Assembly (NCBI GenBank): GCA_973895155.1
Contig: OZ316892.1
Location: 17,722,357 to 17,786,356, forward strand
DNA length: 64,000 nucleotides
Source: Marsupella aquatica
Taxonomy: Eukaryota > Plantae > Marchantiophyta
Direction of reading: 5' to 3'
A program made the translations under genes and the position numbers. Of this stretch, positions 8,926 to 20,291 are shown in pieces; the stretch's first letter is position 1, and the number at the start of each line of letters is the position of its first letter. A model generated the notes under the pieces. It saw only the letters and a list, made by a program, of their open reading frames with translations. It did not search any database and had not been told where the DNA came from.

Positions 8926-11900
8926 ATGGAACAGAGTGACACAGAGATGTGTGAGTATGAAAGGAAAGCTATGGAACAACGAGCATACGTGAAAGCCAAA
9001 ATCGCAGAACTGGATCTGGAAAAGGATGTGGCTGAATTGTAAGGGAACGATTCTCAACTACACCCCTCCGCTGAGTTTGTGTGACATGAATAGTTCAATG
9101 TGGCACTGAAATTGTGACTGTATTCTCATATTGGAATGTCGCAGAGCCACAGCATTTTCAAAGAAACAAAAGGAGTACGCAAGAAGGGTGACCAGCACTA
9201 TCTCTGGGCCTGTGCGTCGGAGTGACAGGTTGAGCAAGAAGGTCGTACCTACAATGGCAGAATGTGGAGATGACATTGATGCTGCACAGGTGGGTGCAGA
9301 CACTAGACAAGAAGATGCAGATGATGAGTATTTTCCAGAGGAAATGGATGAGGATGGGGGTTATGAAGATGAATACATTGCAGAGCAGCCCCAAAAGAAA
9401 CATGTAAGTAGTTTTCCCAACAAGGTTTTGAGTTAAAAACTCTTGTTTAGAGGTTTCATATGTTCAGTACTACACATATGTACCTTGCTTAGTTCCTGAC
9501 ATTGTAGTTGGTGATGTGATGCAGCGTCCTGCCAGTTCTGTTTTGCCTTCGAAGCCTGTGCATGCACCATACCAGCAGGGGGGGCTGACCTCTGATCAAG
9601 GTTGGCGAGGTGGTAGTAGTGGTAGATCCCAGGCTGGTGCCCAATACTATGGCAGGGGGCAAGCTCTAGGTTATGCCCGTGGTAGAGGCAGAGCAGGTCC
9701 AAACCCACAATCTCGTGGGTATGGACGTCCACCTCAACCGTGGGGATGTGAGTATATATCTATATGCCAGTTCTTTGTGAAGGCATGGCACTCCTGAATT
9801 TCAGACTGCATATCAATTTTTGACATTGTTTGGGATGTATTGGATTCAGACAACATGAAATTCTGTCCACCTGCCATTGCATGCAGATTCTGCCCAACCT
9901 GATTGGGCAAATGCTAGTAATGATCAGTTCCAATGTCCACAAGGACAGACATGGGTTGAACCAGGTTGGGAGGATGGTGGTGGGTCGTGGAATGAACAAG
10001 GTTGGGAAGGTGGTGAAGGTAATTGGCAGGGATATCAAAATTCAGTACCTACAAACGCTGGAAGAGGAGCAGGTAATGTCTGATCTTGTCAGCAATGGAA
10101 GAACTCATTATATGTGGAGTCCATTCACGTGGGGGGGACTCTGCACATGTATAATGATAGAAAATGTATGTGTGCAGGTTGGACAGTCGAACCATCGACT
10201 CAAGTATTCACTAATGCCCCTATGCAGATGCAGCACGGAAGGGGGACAGGTATGTCGGTGAATGTTCAGTTGTTTTCCTACAGTTTGTACTTAGTTTTCA
10301 GTACATATGTTTGCACACACATACCTAGAAAGTGACATCATCCGGCCCCTGTACTAGGCTGGACAGGTGGTCCAGGGTCGCAACAATTTCAGAGTGCAGT
10401 CCCTGCACAGGCATCTATAGGCAGAGCTACAGGTATGTATGTTTGAAGAATTTTTCTTGAAGTGAAGCATTGAATGTTGCCGTCATCCATTCTGCTATAT
10501 GTAGTTCTCAAGCATGAATGGCATTGTATTTTCCCAGGTGGCTTCAGAACCCCAGGTAGGGTGAATGAAGGGGTGGCCAATACAACGCCCAGTACTACCG
10601 AGAGCAGTGCACGAGGGGAGGTGACAAAGAAAGGGAACGTAAAGTTGAATGAGAGACAATGGGTGGATGCTGAGTGTCCTCGCAAGAACCGATGGCATGC
10701 TGATTTGAAAGCTGAAGTATTGCGTTGGTTAGATGTGAGTGTTATTAATTTTAAAAAACAGCATCCAAAAGATTGGAAGACTGTATGTGAAAATGTTGCT
10801 GCCAAATGGAATTATGTGGGCAGTGATGATGGCGTGGACATAGGTTGCCTAGAGAGTACAGCAGGTAAAATTATCAAGCAAGAGAGGTGGAGAATGCATA
10901 AGGCTTGGAAGGAAGGTGGGGAGAAGCCAGATATGCCTCCACCAGCCAGTTGTGATGATAAAGTGTGGGCAAGGTTAGTAGCTTATTTTGTAACAGATGC
11001 TTCAAAAAAGAAGAGTTCACAGATGACCGAGGCCAGGTTGAGTGTTCAGAACCCTAATCTGACAGGAAGGACCGGCACTGCACCGACAGCTAAACGTTTG
11101 GTAAGAATGAATGGCCTAGCTATGTAATTTATGCTACACTATGTACTATTTTTTAGTGTAAACCCATACATGTAAACTTTGTTTTTTAGTGTACGTTCCC
11201 TGAATATTGATCGATAACTTGTGTTTGCCATGCATGTGCAGAAAGCCCAATTGGGGCAAAGCCCTTCAAAAGAAGAGTTGAGGGCTGAAATTGTGAACAC
11301 CCGGGCTCAAGAGGGTGCATCTGAATCCTCCAAGCATGTAAGTTATATGAGTTCTGATTGGTAATTGAATGACCTGCGTTGAATTTCAGGTGTACACTGT
11401 ATATAACATTGATTGTGCATATATTGCCCAACATTTCATATGGAGTGATTGAACCTATACCCCTGTGTCATGTAGGGAGGTGGATCTTCACTTACAGAGA
11501 TAAGTGGTCGTTTGAAGGCTGTCGAAACATGTCTTCCAGAGATCAATGAACGTTTGAATTCATTGACTGACTTGTTCCATGTGAACTTCAAGACATTAAT
11601 GGAAGCTGTTGTGTCGGTGAGAGATAAAATTGATTCCAATTCTGCAGGAGTTCCACCATCACCACTTGAGGTGGCAAAGTCGATGCACTCTTCTGGCATG
11701 CCAACGACATGTAGGCTTGAAGGTAAGGCCTTTACAACTGTGTGGGATATGATTATTAAATGTATAGTTTGAATTGACATTGTTTGTTGAATGTGTTATT
11801 TTCAGTAACATATATTGTGGTTGTTGTGTCCATAGAGAATAAGACAGGTGCTACAGAGAAGAAGTATGAGAACCTGGCAAATACTCGCTGTAATTTAGAG

Positions 11901-12632
11901 GCAACAAAGTTGCAGTCTGTACAAGCAACTTGTTTGACAGAGGGCAGTCAACCATGTTTGGATGAGGATGACATTGGCAAGGGAGTGGATGATATCAATG
12001 TTGGGGCAAATGAGGATATCAGCAAGCATGACAATGATACCATTGAGCCAGATTCATGCTATGTAGATCTTGACTCCATTGCAGAGATAAATGATTTGCA
12101 GAATGTATCATTCTCAATGACAGGTGTGCCTCTTGTTGAGATAAATCCAACCAAAGAGTTAGTTGGTATGACACTCCCAGGTGATGAACCTGCTACTGTG
12201 ACAGTCCTAACAGAGGAACCTACTGAGCCTAGCTTCACTACTGTGAAGAGAGGAAGCATGCGCACACGAAGCAAGTCTGCTGGTGGGAGCAGAGCCACGT
12301 CAAAGGTTTCATACAAACCTCCAAGAACAGTGCTGGCAGAAAGATCTAAGGTGGAAGTGGGGAAAGCACCTAATGCTGAGGGACAAAGTGGCTTGTTAGC
12401 TGTTGATGAGAGTGGAACACGAGTAGGATTTGCCAGAGTGCAGGTTGGTTCCACAACGTTCCATGGCAAGAGGATTCCCCCAGGTTATTCAGTAGTGTTA
12501 GTCACATTACTAGTGAAACCTAAAGCTGTCCTTCCCATTCCAAACACAAATGATGATCCTCCTCAAAAGACACTTGGAGATGCTGCAGGTTCTTTGGTAT
12601 TATGGCCAAGCAAGTTCATAGAGGATCCATAA
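8926..12632 (+). CDS. CACTA TnpA/TNP1-like multi-exon gene with RGG and GW/WG-rich insert
   Basis: GT-AG exons 8926-9038, 9145-9403, 9525-9747, 9887-10072, 10178-10249, 10358-10432, 10538-11100, 11242-11337, ~11476-11721 and ~11837-12632; phase checked through 10538. PTTA-like W..LV.YF...KKSSQMTEAR segment. C-terminal FHGKRIPPGYSVV..LPIP..TLGDAAGSLVLWP is typical of the En/Spm TNP1 (DUF8039-like) domain. Confidence 0.75.
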
Positions 12633-13129
12633 CAATGTCATGCCATTATTTGTTTGTAGTGTGAGTCATGTTATGTAGATTTTAGATGTCAAGAAGCAGT
12701 ACAAGAATCATGTCCTCTTGGAGATTCATAGTATCATGCATGTGCTTTCAGTTATCTCATCCTACAGTCATCAATTATGAGTTCCTGTTTTGTCTAAATT
12801 ACATTGATCACATTGTAAACTATTCCATTGGAATTCAAATGATCTTCATTTTTTAGCAAGATTGTGATTGTGTTTAATTCTTATGAATGTTTTATGTAGG
12901 ATCTGCTTATATGATGCTTTGTTTCATGTGGATGTCATTCATGCTATGTTCATTTCTTGTATTCAATGTGTTATATTTCTAAAGTTAGAACATCAGGTTT
13001 CTATGTATTGTAATGTCGAGTGCTCTCTCTTCTTATGAACTGTCCCTCTGTGTTCATTAGTCATGGTTATAACTTGCATGTGAACCTTATTAGTTATAAA
13101 CATGAGTATATAGAGTCCCAAATGGTTCT

Positions 13130-13487
13130 GTTGTGTGACGCGGGCCAGGGTCTCCATTGGTCTCTCCTGTGACACTAAATAGTCACACGCTAGTCGTTGT
13201 TGAATGCGGGTAAGTCATGTATGTGACTTACGATGTGACTCGCTGAAGTCATATTGCAGTCACGTCGAAACAAGGCTAGACTCCACAATAAAGTCACAGA
13301 TCAGTCACAAATGGGTATCAAGCAAGTTGCAAAGCCCAGTATCAATAGTGACTTCCATTTTTTGGTCTCAACTTTTGCAACTCCAAGGGTCACAGCGTGG
13401 GTCAAGTCACGTTGAGTCACAATGAAGTCACATGAGCCAAAATGAGTCATATATTGCGGTCTCAGTTCACCTCGGATTCTTCTAGTG
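13130..13487. repeat. CACTA right subterminal repeat array and terminal inverted repeat
   Basis: More than 10 GTCAC/GTGAC motifs in both orientations, ending in CTCGGATTCTTCTAGTG. The next three bases, TCA, would be the 3-bp TSD. Confidence 0.75.
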
Positions 13488-13537
13488 TCACAAGCAATTG
13501 TCAAAATTATGACTTTTTGCTACATGCAACTAAATTC

Positions 13538-13825
13538 TCAAGCTAAGAGAGTCAGAATTCAATCTGTGGCAAGTCCATTTGTAATTAAATGAATGTCTGA
13601 TCAAATGAATTGTATCAGTTCGTTGAGTTCAAGTTCCAACCATAGTTGGCAGTTTGGCATTCCTTCAACTGCCGTAGGAATACTTTGCTTTGCAGGCTGG
13701 ACGACGTGGTTATCAAGCTAAGAGAGTCAAAATTCAATCCGCGGCAAGTGCATTTGAAACCATATCAATTTTTGTTCAATCAAATAAATTGTATCAGTTT
13801 GTTGAGTTCAAATTTGGACCATGGC
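13538..13825 (+). repeat. Imperfect ~100-bp direct repeat pair
   Basis: TCAAGCTAAGAGAGTCA.AATTCAATC.G.GGCAAGT.CATTTG...AATTGTATCAGTT.GTTGAGTTCAA at ~13538 and ~13713. Confidence 0.75.
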
Positions 13826-14214
13826 TAACAGTTTACCTTAATTGCAAAGGGCCATAAATCTTACTCCAAATGCCAATTACCTTTTAACAAGGAAGTTATC
13901 AAATTAGTTATTAGTCATTATTTATTATATGAAAAATACTTTAAAAAAATTTGAATTTAAGTTTGAAAATTGGATACGTAACTAAAACAGTTACATAGTG
14001 ACAGTTTTAATCATCTTGCTCTTTGCATTTCTAATTTTTTACTTTTCTTTTTATGGCATGGCGTCCCAGAATTTACACCCAAATTGACACAAACACGAAT
14101 GAAAACTATAAGTATGATTCACAAAACTGATGAGTCTTGTTTGTTGCGGTTGTTGTTGACTTGGCACACTGTGCTGCCAGGAATTTTGGAAGGGATGTCT
14201 CATGGGGTCCGTAA

Positions 14215-14345
14215 CTATTTACAGAAAAGGGCCAAAACTAGAGTACAAAAGAACAAACAAAAGAGGTCCCAAGGAGTCAAAACCAAAACCTAAACCCTAA
14301 ACCCTAAATGCAAAAGAAGTGAGCAATAGGAAAGTACAAAAGGAG
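14215..14345 (-). mobile_element. Degenerate 3' UTR remnant of the CRE-like LINE family
   Basis: Reverse complement reads ...TTGCTCACTTCTTTTG...GGACCTCTTTTGTTTGTTCTTTTGTACTCT..., matching the 3' UTRs at 37620-37700 and 54150-54240. Confidence 0.6.
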
Positions 14346-16342
14346 TAAACAAAGGTACAAGTCCAGGAAGCTTGAAGAGTCCCAGACAATGGACAAAGAC
14401 CAAGGACAAGCACTCTAAAATTATTCTGACAAATCAGGTCCCAAAAATTAATAGTTTTTGTACTTTTTCTTTGAACCCAGATGACACTAGGGTAGAAGGT
14501 GATTTGTATATGGACAGATGATATGACGAAAAATGGGGAACAAGGGCTTATTACCTCCGCAAATAGTTATTTTTCCTCATTTTGGAAACGAGTGTGAATT
14601 GAGGACCATATAAACTATAATGGGGTAATTATTCCAACAGTTTTGCTTGGATAGGATTTTTTAACCTCAGATGAGATATGTAGAAACATGTATTTGACTA
14701 GGATGGCATGGCCTTAAAGTAAAGTTGCTCGACTTTCATACAAACTAAGAGCATTTTGGGCCCCATTTGAGTTGAAAGCTTGGGATGGAGATCTCATCCC
14801 ACATGCTTTTATGACTAATGAGTGGAAAGTTTTTTGGTAAGTTTGCCTAGCGTGAGTATTTTCTCAGAAAGGCAGGTGTAAGTAGGGTGCTCATGTGTTA
14901 GTTCAATGATAAAGACCCTCTTCTCAGTAGATAACCATCTGAAGGATAAAGTGAGAGGCTGCAACCGAGGCTGCAACACAAACAAATGTGACACACAATT
15001 GTGTTACTTTCATTTTGCTTTTTAAGTGAGGCCCTATCCATCCCCACACCTATCCCCACAGAGGCATTTGGTCAGTGACATATGATGTACTAATTTCCCT
15101 GAGAATTTACAAACAAATATGCCAAAGTACAGGAGACTTTCAACGAGGAATAAGTTCTTATATACATTAAGGTCATGGGTCACCAATGTGGCAGTCATTG
15201 TGGTGTGTAAGTTGATATCACAATATCTGAGTCAGCTTGTGCATTATAATAGATAGACTAGAATGTGAATGATGATGCTCCGACAGAATACAAGAGTCAG
15301 GGAGATTAGCAAGTGCTAGACCAACTATTTTCTAGAAGAAGTCAACGATGAGGGAGATGCGTTCCTAGATACCTGCAGCGCTGCAGGGAGAAAAATACAA
15401 ACCTGAGGGGCCATCAAGAATGACCAAAAACATTCACAGCACCGCTAGCCTCTCGACACCAAGAGAGAAACTTGGGTCTGGAATGGGTCAAAAGAAGCCT
15501 CCTAGATATGCTGAGATCAGTGTTAGCTTAAAACTTGTTTGTTCAACTAGCAATTGCTCCATGTTGAACTAGGGTACTTCCTACGTAATGGGTTCAACTT
15601 TGTGACTTTGTCGTGTTACAAATGTTTATGCTTATACTCTAACTTGAAAATAAGAAAAAGAATTGCAGTTGAACAAGTAAGCAAATGGGTAGAAACAAAA
15701 TATAGCACAAAGAAAACGGACCCCACACAAAGATTTCAATGATGAGTCCAAAAAACATGACAAAAGTGCAACCGGACTCCAACATGGATAAAGTATGTAC
15801 TATATGTACAACAAGAATGTTTTTCTGTCGGGCAGTAACTGACTATGCTGGAATGATTCATCATTCATGGGTCCAACTGCGAGCTTGCCTACCTAACCTA
15901 GTACTCGTCATAACTAATTCAACCTATACCAAGGTGATGTAGATTGTATTTTTGGGTCTTGAACTCAGGGGTCTCACTGTAAGGAGCCCCATTAGGTGCC
16001 CTTTTTGAGAGCTCAGACATCTGAAAATTTAATGAATTTCGGTTTTGTAGGAAATTTTCCTCTTTTAATTTGGATTATATTTACCAATTTCCCTCAATTG
16101 GTTCCTATCTTTTCTGCTAAGTCTTGAACACTGGAGTTATAAGCTCAATTGCATCATTAACATGGGAACTTGAATAAGCTAACTCCAGTGATCCTCTTCA
16201 CCCTCCCTTCACCACCCACAACTCCCATACAAAGGTGCTCTTAATATTCCACCAAGGCTCCTAGTCAAATACTCAGGTCCTATTTAGCACACACACACAC
16301 ACATTCATCTATTCAAGTTAGCAAGGGAGCTTGATCATTGCT

Positions 16343-16425
16343 TGTCACAAGCCCACGTCACAAGCCATGTGGAATCACTAGTCCATGTCACAAGCCCATG
16401 TCAACAGCCATGTGGAATCACTAGT
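16343..16425 (+). repeat. Short imperfect tandem repeat
   Basis: GTCACAAGCCCA.GTCA..AGCCATGTGGAATCACTAGT twice. Confidence 0.7.
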
Positions 16426-19400
16426 TGGATTATTAGAACAAGATGCAACAAACGAAAGTTATTTTAACTTATACTAAGGACATTTAAAAACCCCATTTTG
16501 GCAACAAAAAAAATCTTATAGTCAATAAGGTATTTTTTTTATCTTGTCAAGTATGAGCTCATGGTTTTAAAAGCCCATGAGGGTACAAAGGTTATTTAAT
16601 TTCTTATGTATTTTAATTTATTTTGTTCTCATGCACATTATGGGGTTTACACTAAGTGATTCCTTAGTGCTCAACAAGTATTGATAAATTGGTCAACAAA
16701 TAGAGCTTCCCACATTGTCCCATTAATTTCCAAAATTTGAGAAGTTCCAGGTGTTCCCATAGTTGTAATGAATGTTTGGGGTTTAACTTACTTTATATTT
16801 TGGGGTACCATGTGAGATCCTAACCTAATATAAATACTCATATTTAAAATAAACAAACTTGAGCTTACAATACATTCTGTTACCGCATATATCTTTTTTT
16901 TTGGGCTCATTTTCATCGAATTTACCAATTCTGGATCACACAAGGTTCCTAGGAATTTTGGTGGTCGACCCCGAGAATGAATGAGCCAGTCTTGTCATAA
17001 ATAAAAATAAATGGTATGTTAGAGCCCATTGCTCGTCTAGAGCAACTCAGTGTTGAACTATGACGTCTTCCTTCATGACGATCTAATCATTACTCATTCC
17101 ATGCACATGTAATCAACACAATCTCTATGTGTTTTACCTCTTCTCTAACTAAGGCTACGTCCACACAAACACTCAAGCTTTACTTCAAGAGTAGACAAAC
17201 ACACATGCTCTCCCTCTTCCTCAAGTTGCTCCGTTACAATGAGTAAGCACCATTCCCCAATGGCTTACACTAGCCCTGGTATATACAAGGTCACACACGA
17301 CTAACCTAACCTCAGCTAACATCCCAACTGTGGTTAGCCTAAGTGCTGTAACCTTTGAGTCACAAGACTAAGAGCAATCCTTAACACTCAGCCCATCTAG
17401 AGCGCCCTTGCTTCTCCTGTTTCTATTTATCACTAACTGATTGCCCTATCTCTAGGACATGCTCAAGGATGAACCTAAGTACATCTAAGCTTGTCCTCAA
17501 ACGTGGAGACCACCTCAAGTCTCAAATACATGCTTGAGGTACATACTCATAGCCAAATTGGACTCCCAACATGAGCCCATGCTCCTTTGTCATCCAGGTA
17601 TCCTAGAGCTTCTAGGACACCCATGACATTGCTAGGTCTCGTGATGCAAGTGCATTGGCTGTTCTCCCAAGTTTCCCATCCAAATACCAGCGCCATGTTT
17701 GATCTTAATGACCATTAATCATGACTTCATGAGGAAATAGATTTCACTCATAGCTTTCCAGCAAGCCTAAAAACTCCTCAAATAAACTTATATTCTTAAG
17801 CGTACTAGTATTTTTATTTATTTATTGAGGCTTTACCTTTGTGCAGGGAGACCCCATGGTTTCTGAAGATCCATATTGAGAAAACCTTACCCTCACATAC
17901 GCTTCTGGAAACCTGCTACCCCAAGACCAACTTTGGTCCTTTACATTAAGTGACGGGTTAAATGGCCTCCCATCCATATTTGAGCGTTTAGACCATCAGT
18001 TTAGCCCAATTGACAAAGCAAAATGGTCTTGAATGAGTGCCAGAGTAGCCCAGATGTGATCGTAGTCTTGGTTTGTCCATGTATATCCAAGCTAAGAGTT
18101 ATGCCCTCGACACCATCTGGCCAGGCCCAGTCAAGGATGTCCTTCTTGGCGCCCACACTTTCAGACCTAAATTTTGTGTGGACCATAACAAGATCGATCT
18201 TCATGTACATTGAAGACATGTCTTGCATATTTGTGACCAGGCTCATTCGGTGCTCAAATTGTTGTAAGGGCATTGATATTTTAAGCCACCACTATCCATT
18301 TTCCAAACTTTGTGGACTTAGGTTAGTCAATAATGTTCTTAACAAAGTAGAAAGTGGGGAAAAGTGATTATCTAAGTTACTCCCCAACTTATTGGATAGT
18401 GACGTTCTAAGCATATGTTAAGGAACTCAGTGAAATGCTCCTTCTCATGGGTTAGTGTATTTTTTCATATACCATGTTCATACATGCCTATTTTGACTTA
18501 TCCAAAAGAATTGAAAGAATCATTATAAGAGTTCATGTGAAGAGAGGTTTTCATTTGACTAGGTTATGAAACACAAGTATTGAAAGAATGATTATAAGAA
18601 AGTTAATGGAAATGGCACACCTTTCAAAATTGAGCGACCTAAAGTTTATTCTGGGTGAGACAAGTGCATTAATTTTCATGCTCAGGGGTCTCACTATATT
18701 GATGTTTCCCCATGACCTGCGACGTTTTTAGGTCTTGGACCCAAATAATATAAGAATGTTTTTAGTTTTTCAACCCCTATAAAGGTGGAATATTCCAAAA
18801 CATTGATTAGAGGAACCCTAATGTTCTTATAAGTCTAAATTTGAATTAAAAGTCAGACCCTTAATATTGTTCTTTTGAGAAAATTTTTAAGTCTTCTCTT
18901 CAAACCAATAAAACTACCCTACCCTTCATTGCATGTGATGTGTCATTTTTGTGGAAGTGAAACCCCCAAGTTTTCATGTACTAGTCAATGTACCTCTATA
19001 GGTACAATACTTTGTGATTCAAAAACTAGTATTTTCTGCTCTATTTGGAGAGGCTCTCTCTTTAGGTGACACCTATTGATACATAAAACACAAACATAAT
19101 AAACTTTATATTAACCAATGGACAAATACATTGCACTGCATCAAAGAACAAGAATCCTAGTTGTCTCATTGAAGCGGGTCTAATCTTGTCATGCAAGTAA
19201 GGAAAAATGCCCTTAAATTGATAGATAATATATAGGGATCCTAATAAAAAGTAAGGAAATGAAAAAATCAAAAGGGCTGCTAAAAATGACTAAATTGAGC
19301 TAGTACATGGCTAAAACCAGATTAGACCAGATTAACATAAAATACATTGCAAGCAATTTGAATAAGACAAGATATCCAAAGAGTGTCCCGCCATATAGCA

Positions 19401-19498
19401 GCCTCATGGGTTAGTGTATTTTTTCACTAATCACCATCATTCCAACATAACATTCCCTTTTTTGTAAATAATTGGCTTATCAATGAGTCTCACATACA

Positions 19499-19520
19499 TA
19501 TATATATATATATATATATA
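19499..19520. repeat. (TA)n microsatellite
   Basis: Visible TA run. Confidence 0.9.
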
Positions 19521-19872
19521 GGGCAAATCAAATCTGTTATGTCAATGACAATATGGAAATAAAGTGCCAGATGCAAGACAACTGGGCTGGCGATAACAAT
19601 CAAGAAGTGAATAGATAGACTCAAGACAAGTACCTTCAATGGATGACTATTCTGGTGAGTGGAACCAGTTGATCAAGTGGTCTAAGTAATGAGACTTCCC
19701 ATCTGGGGTGGCTAGACACAATCTAGAATCTAGATGCTTTAGGTGTGCTTAGAACCTACGTAAGAGCATTTTGCAAGGGGCACTAATCCCCTGCTTGAGA
19801 GCCAAAGAAAAGAGGAAATTAAAGGTGTGACGAGAGAGTAACAAAGGTTCTTGGACAAGAGGAATTCAATCT

Positions 19873-19980
19873 TGTGAGAATAGAATGAATCATGTATAGT
19901 CTGTGGCGGTTGGTACATATAGTGGTGCCGGTCTGGTGACTGGCTGATCCGGTCGTCCGGTCACCAAGTAGAGTCTAACA
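19873..19980 (-). repeat. 3' LTR (108 bp)
   Basis: TGTGAGAATAG...GAGTCTAACA, preceded by AATCT and followed by CTCCCCTTT (PPT AAAGGGGAG on the minus strand). Confidence 0.95.
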
Positions 19981-20291
19981 CTCCCCTTTGGATATATAGT
20001 GACAACTATGTAGACAACATAGACTATACCTATTATATCATGTTCATAGAAAATACATGATATAAGTACAAGTGAGGTAGACTGCCTCGTTAAAAAAGCT
20101 TTATGAACTCTAGCTTAGTAAAAACTCTACCAGTGTAACAGAGAAAAATATGAGTGCTAAAGGAAAAAGAGTGCAGCCTAACAGTCCTCGTCGTAATAAA
20201 TGTCAATAGTGTATAAAGTTAGATGCTATAGTAAATCTAGCTTTAACATCTGTTTCATCAGTCGGTCGTCAACAGCATGTCGTCAGCATCA

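Larger units (their letters stand above)
1241..13487 (+). mobile_element. CACTA (En/Spm) DNA transposon, right portion; left end not identified, probably upstream of the window
   Basis: Tnp2/TnpD transposase and a spliced TnpA-like gene. A GTCAC/GTGAC-rich subterminal array leads to terminal ...TTCTTCTAGTG at 13487 (reverse complement CACTAGAAGAA). Inclusion of the ORFs at 1241-4606 is inferred. Confidence 0.8.

Noticed and set aside
17017-17571. Possible solo LTR (TGTT...AACA)
   Set aside because: No matching TSD, PBS or PPT found, and no second copy in the window.
18001-18367. Possible degenerate LINE RT fragment
   Set aside because: Only faint resemblance (MKIDL); catalytic motifs are not recognisable.
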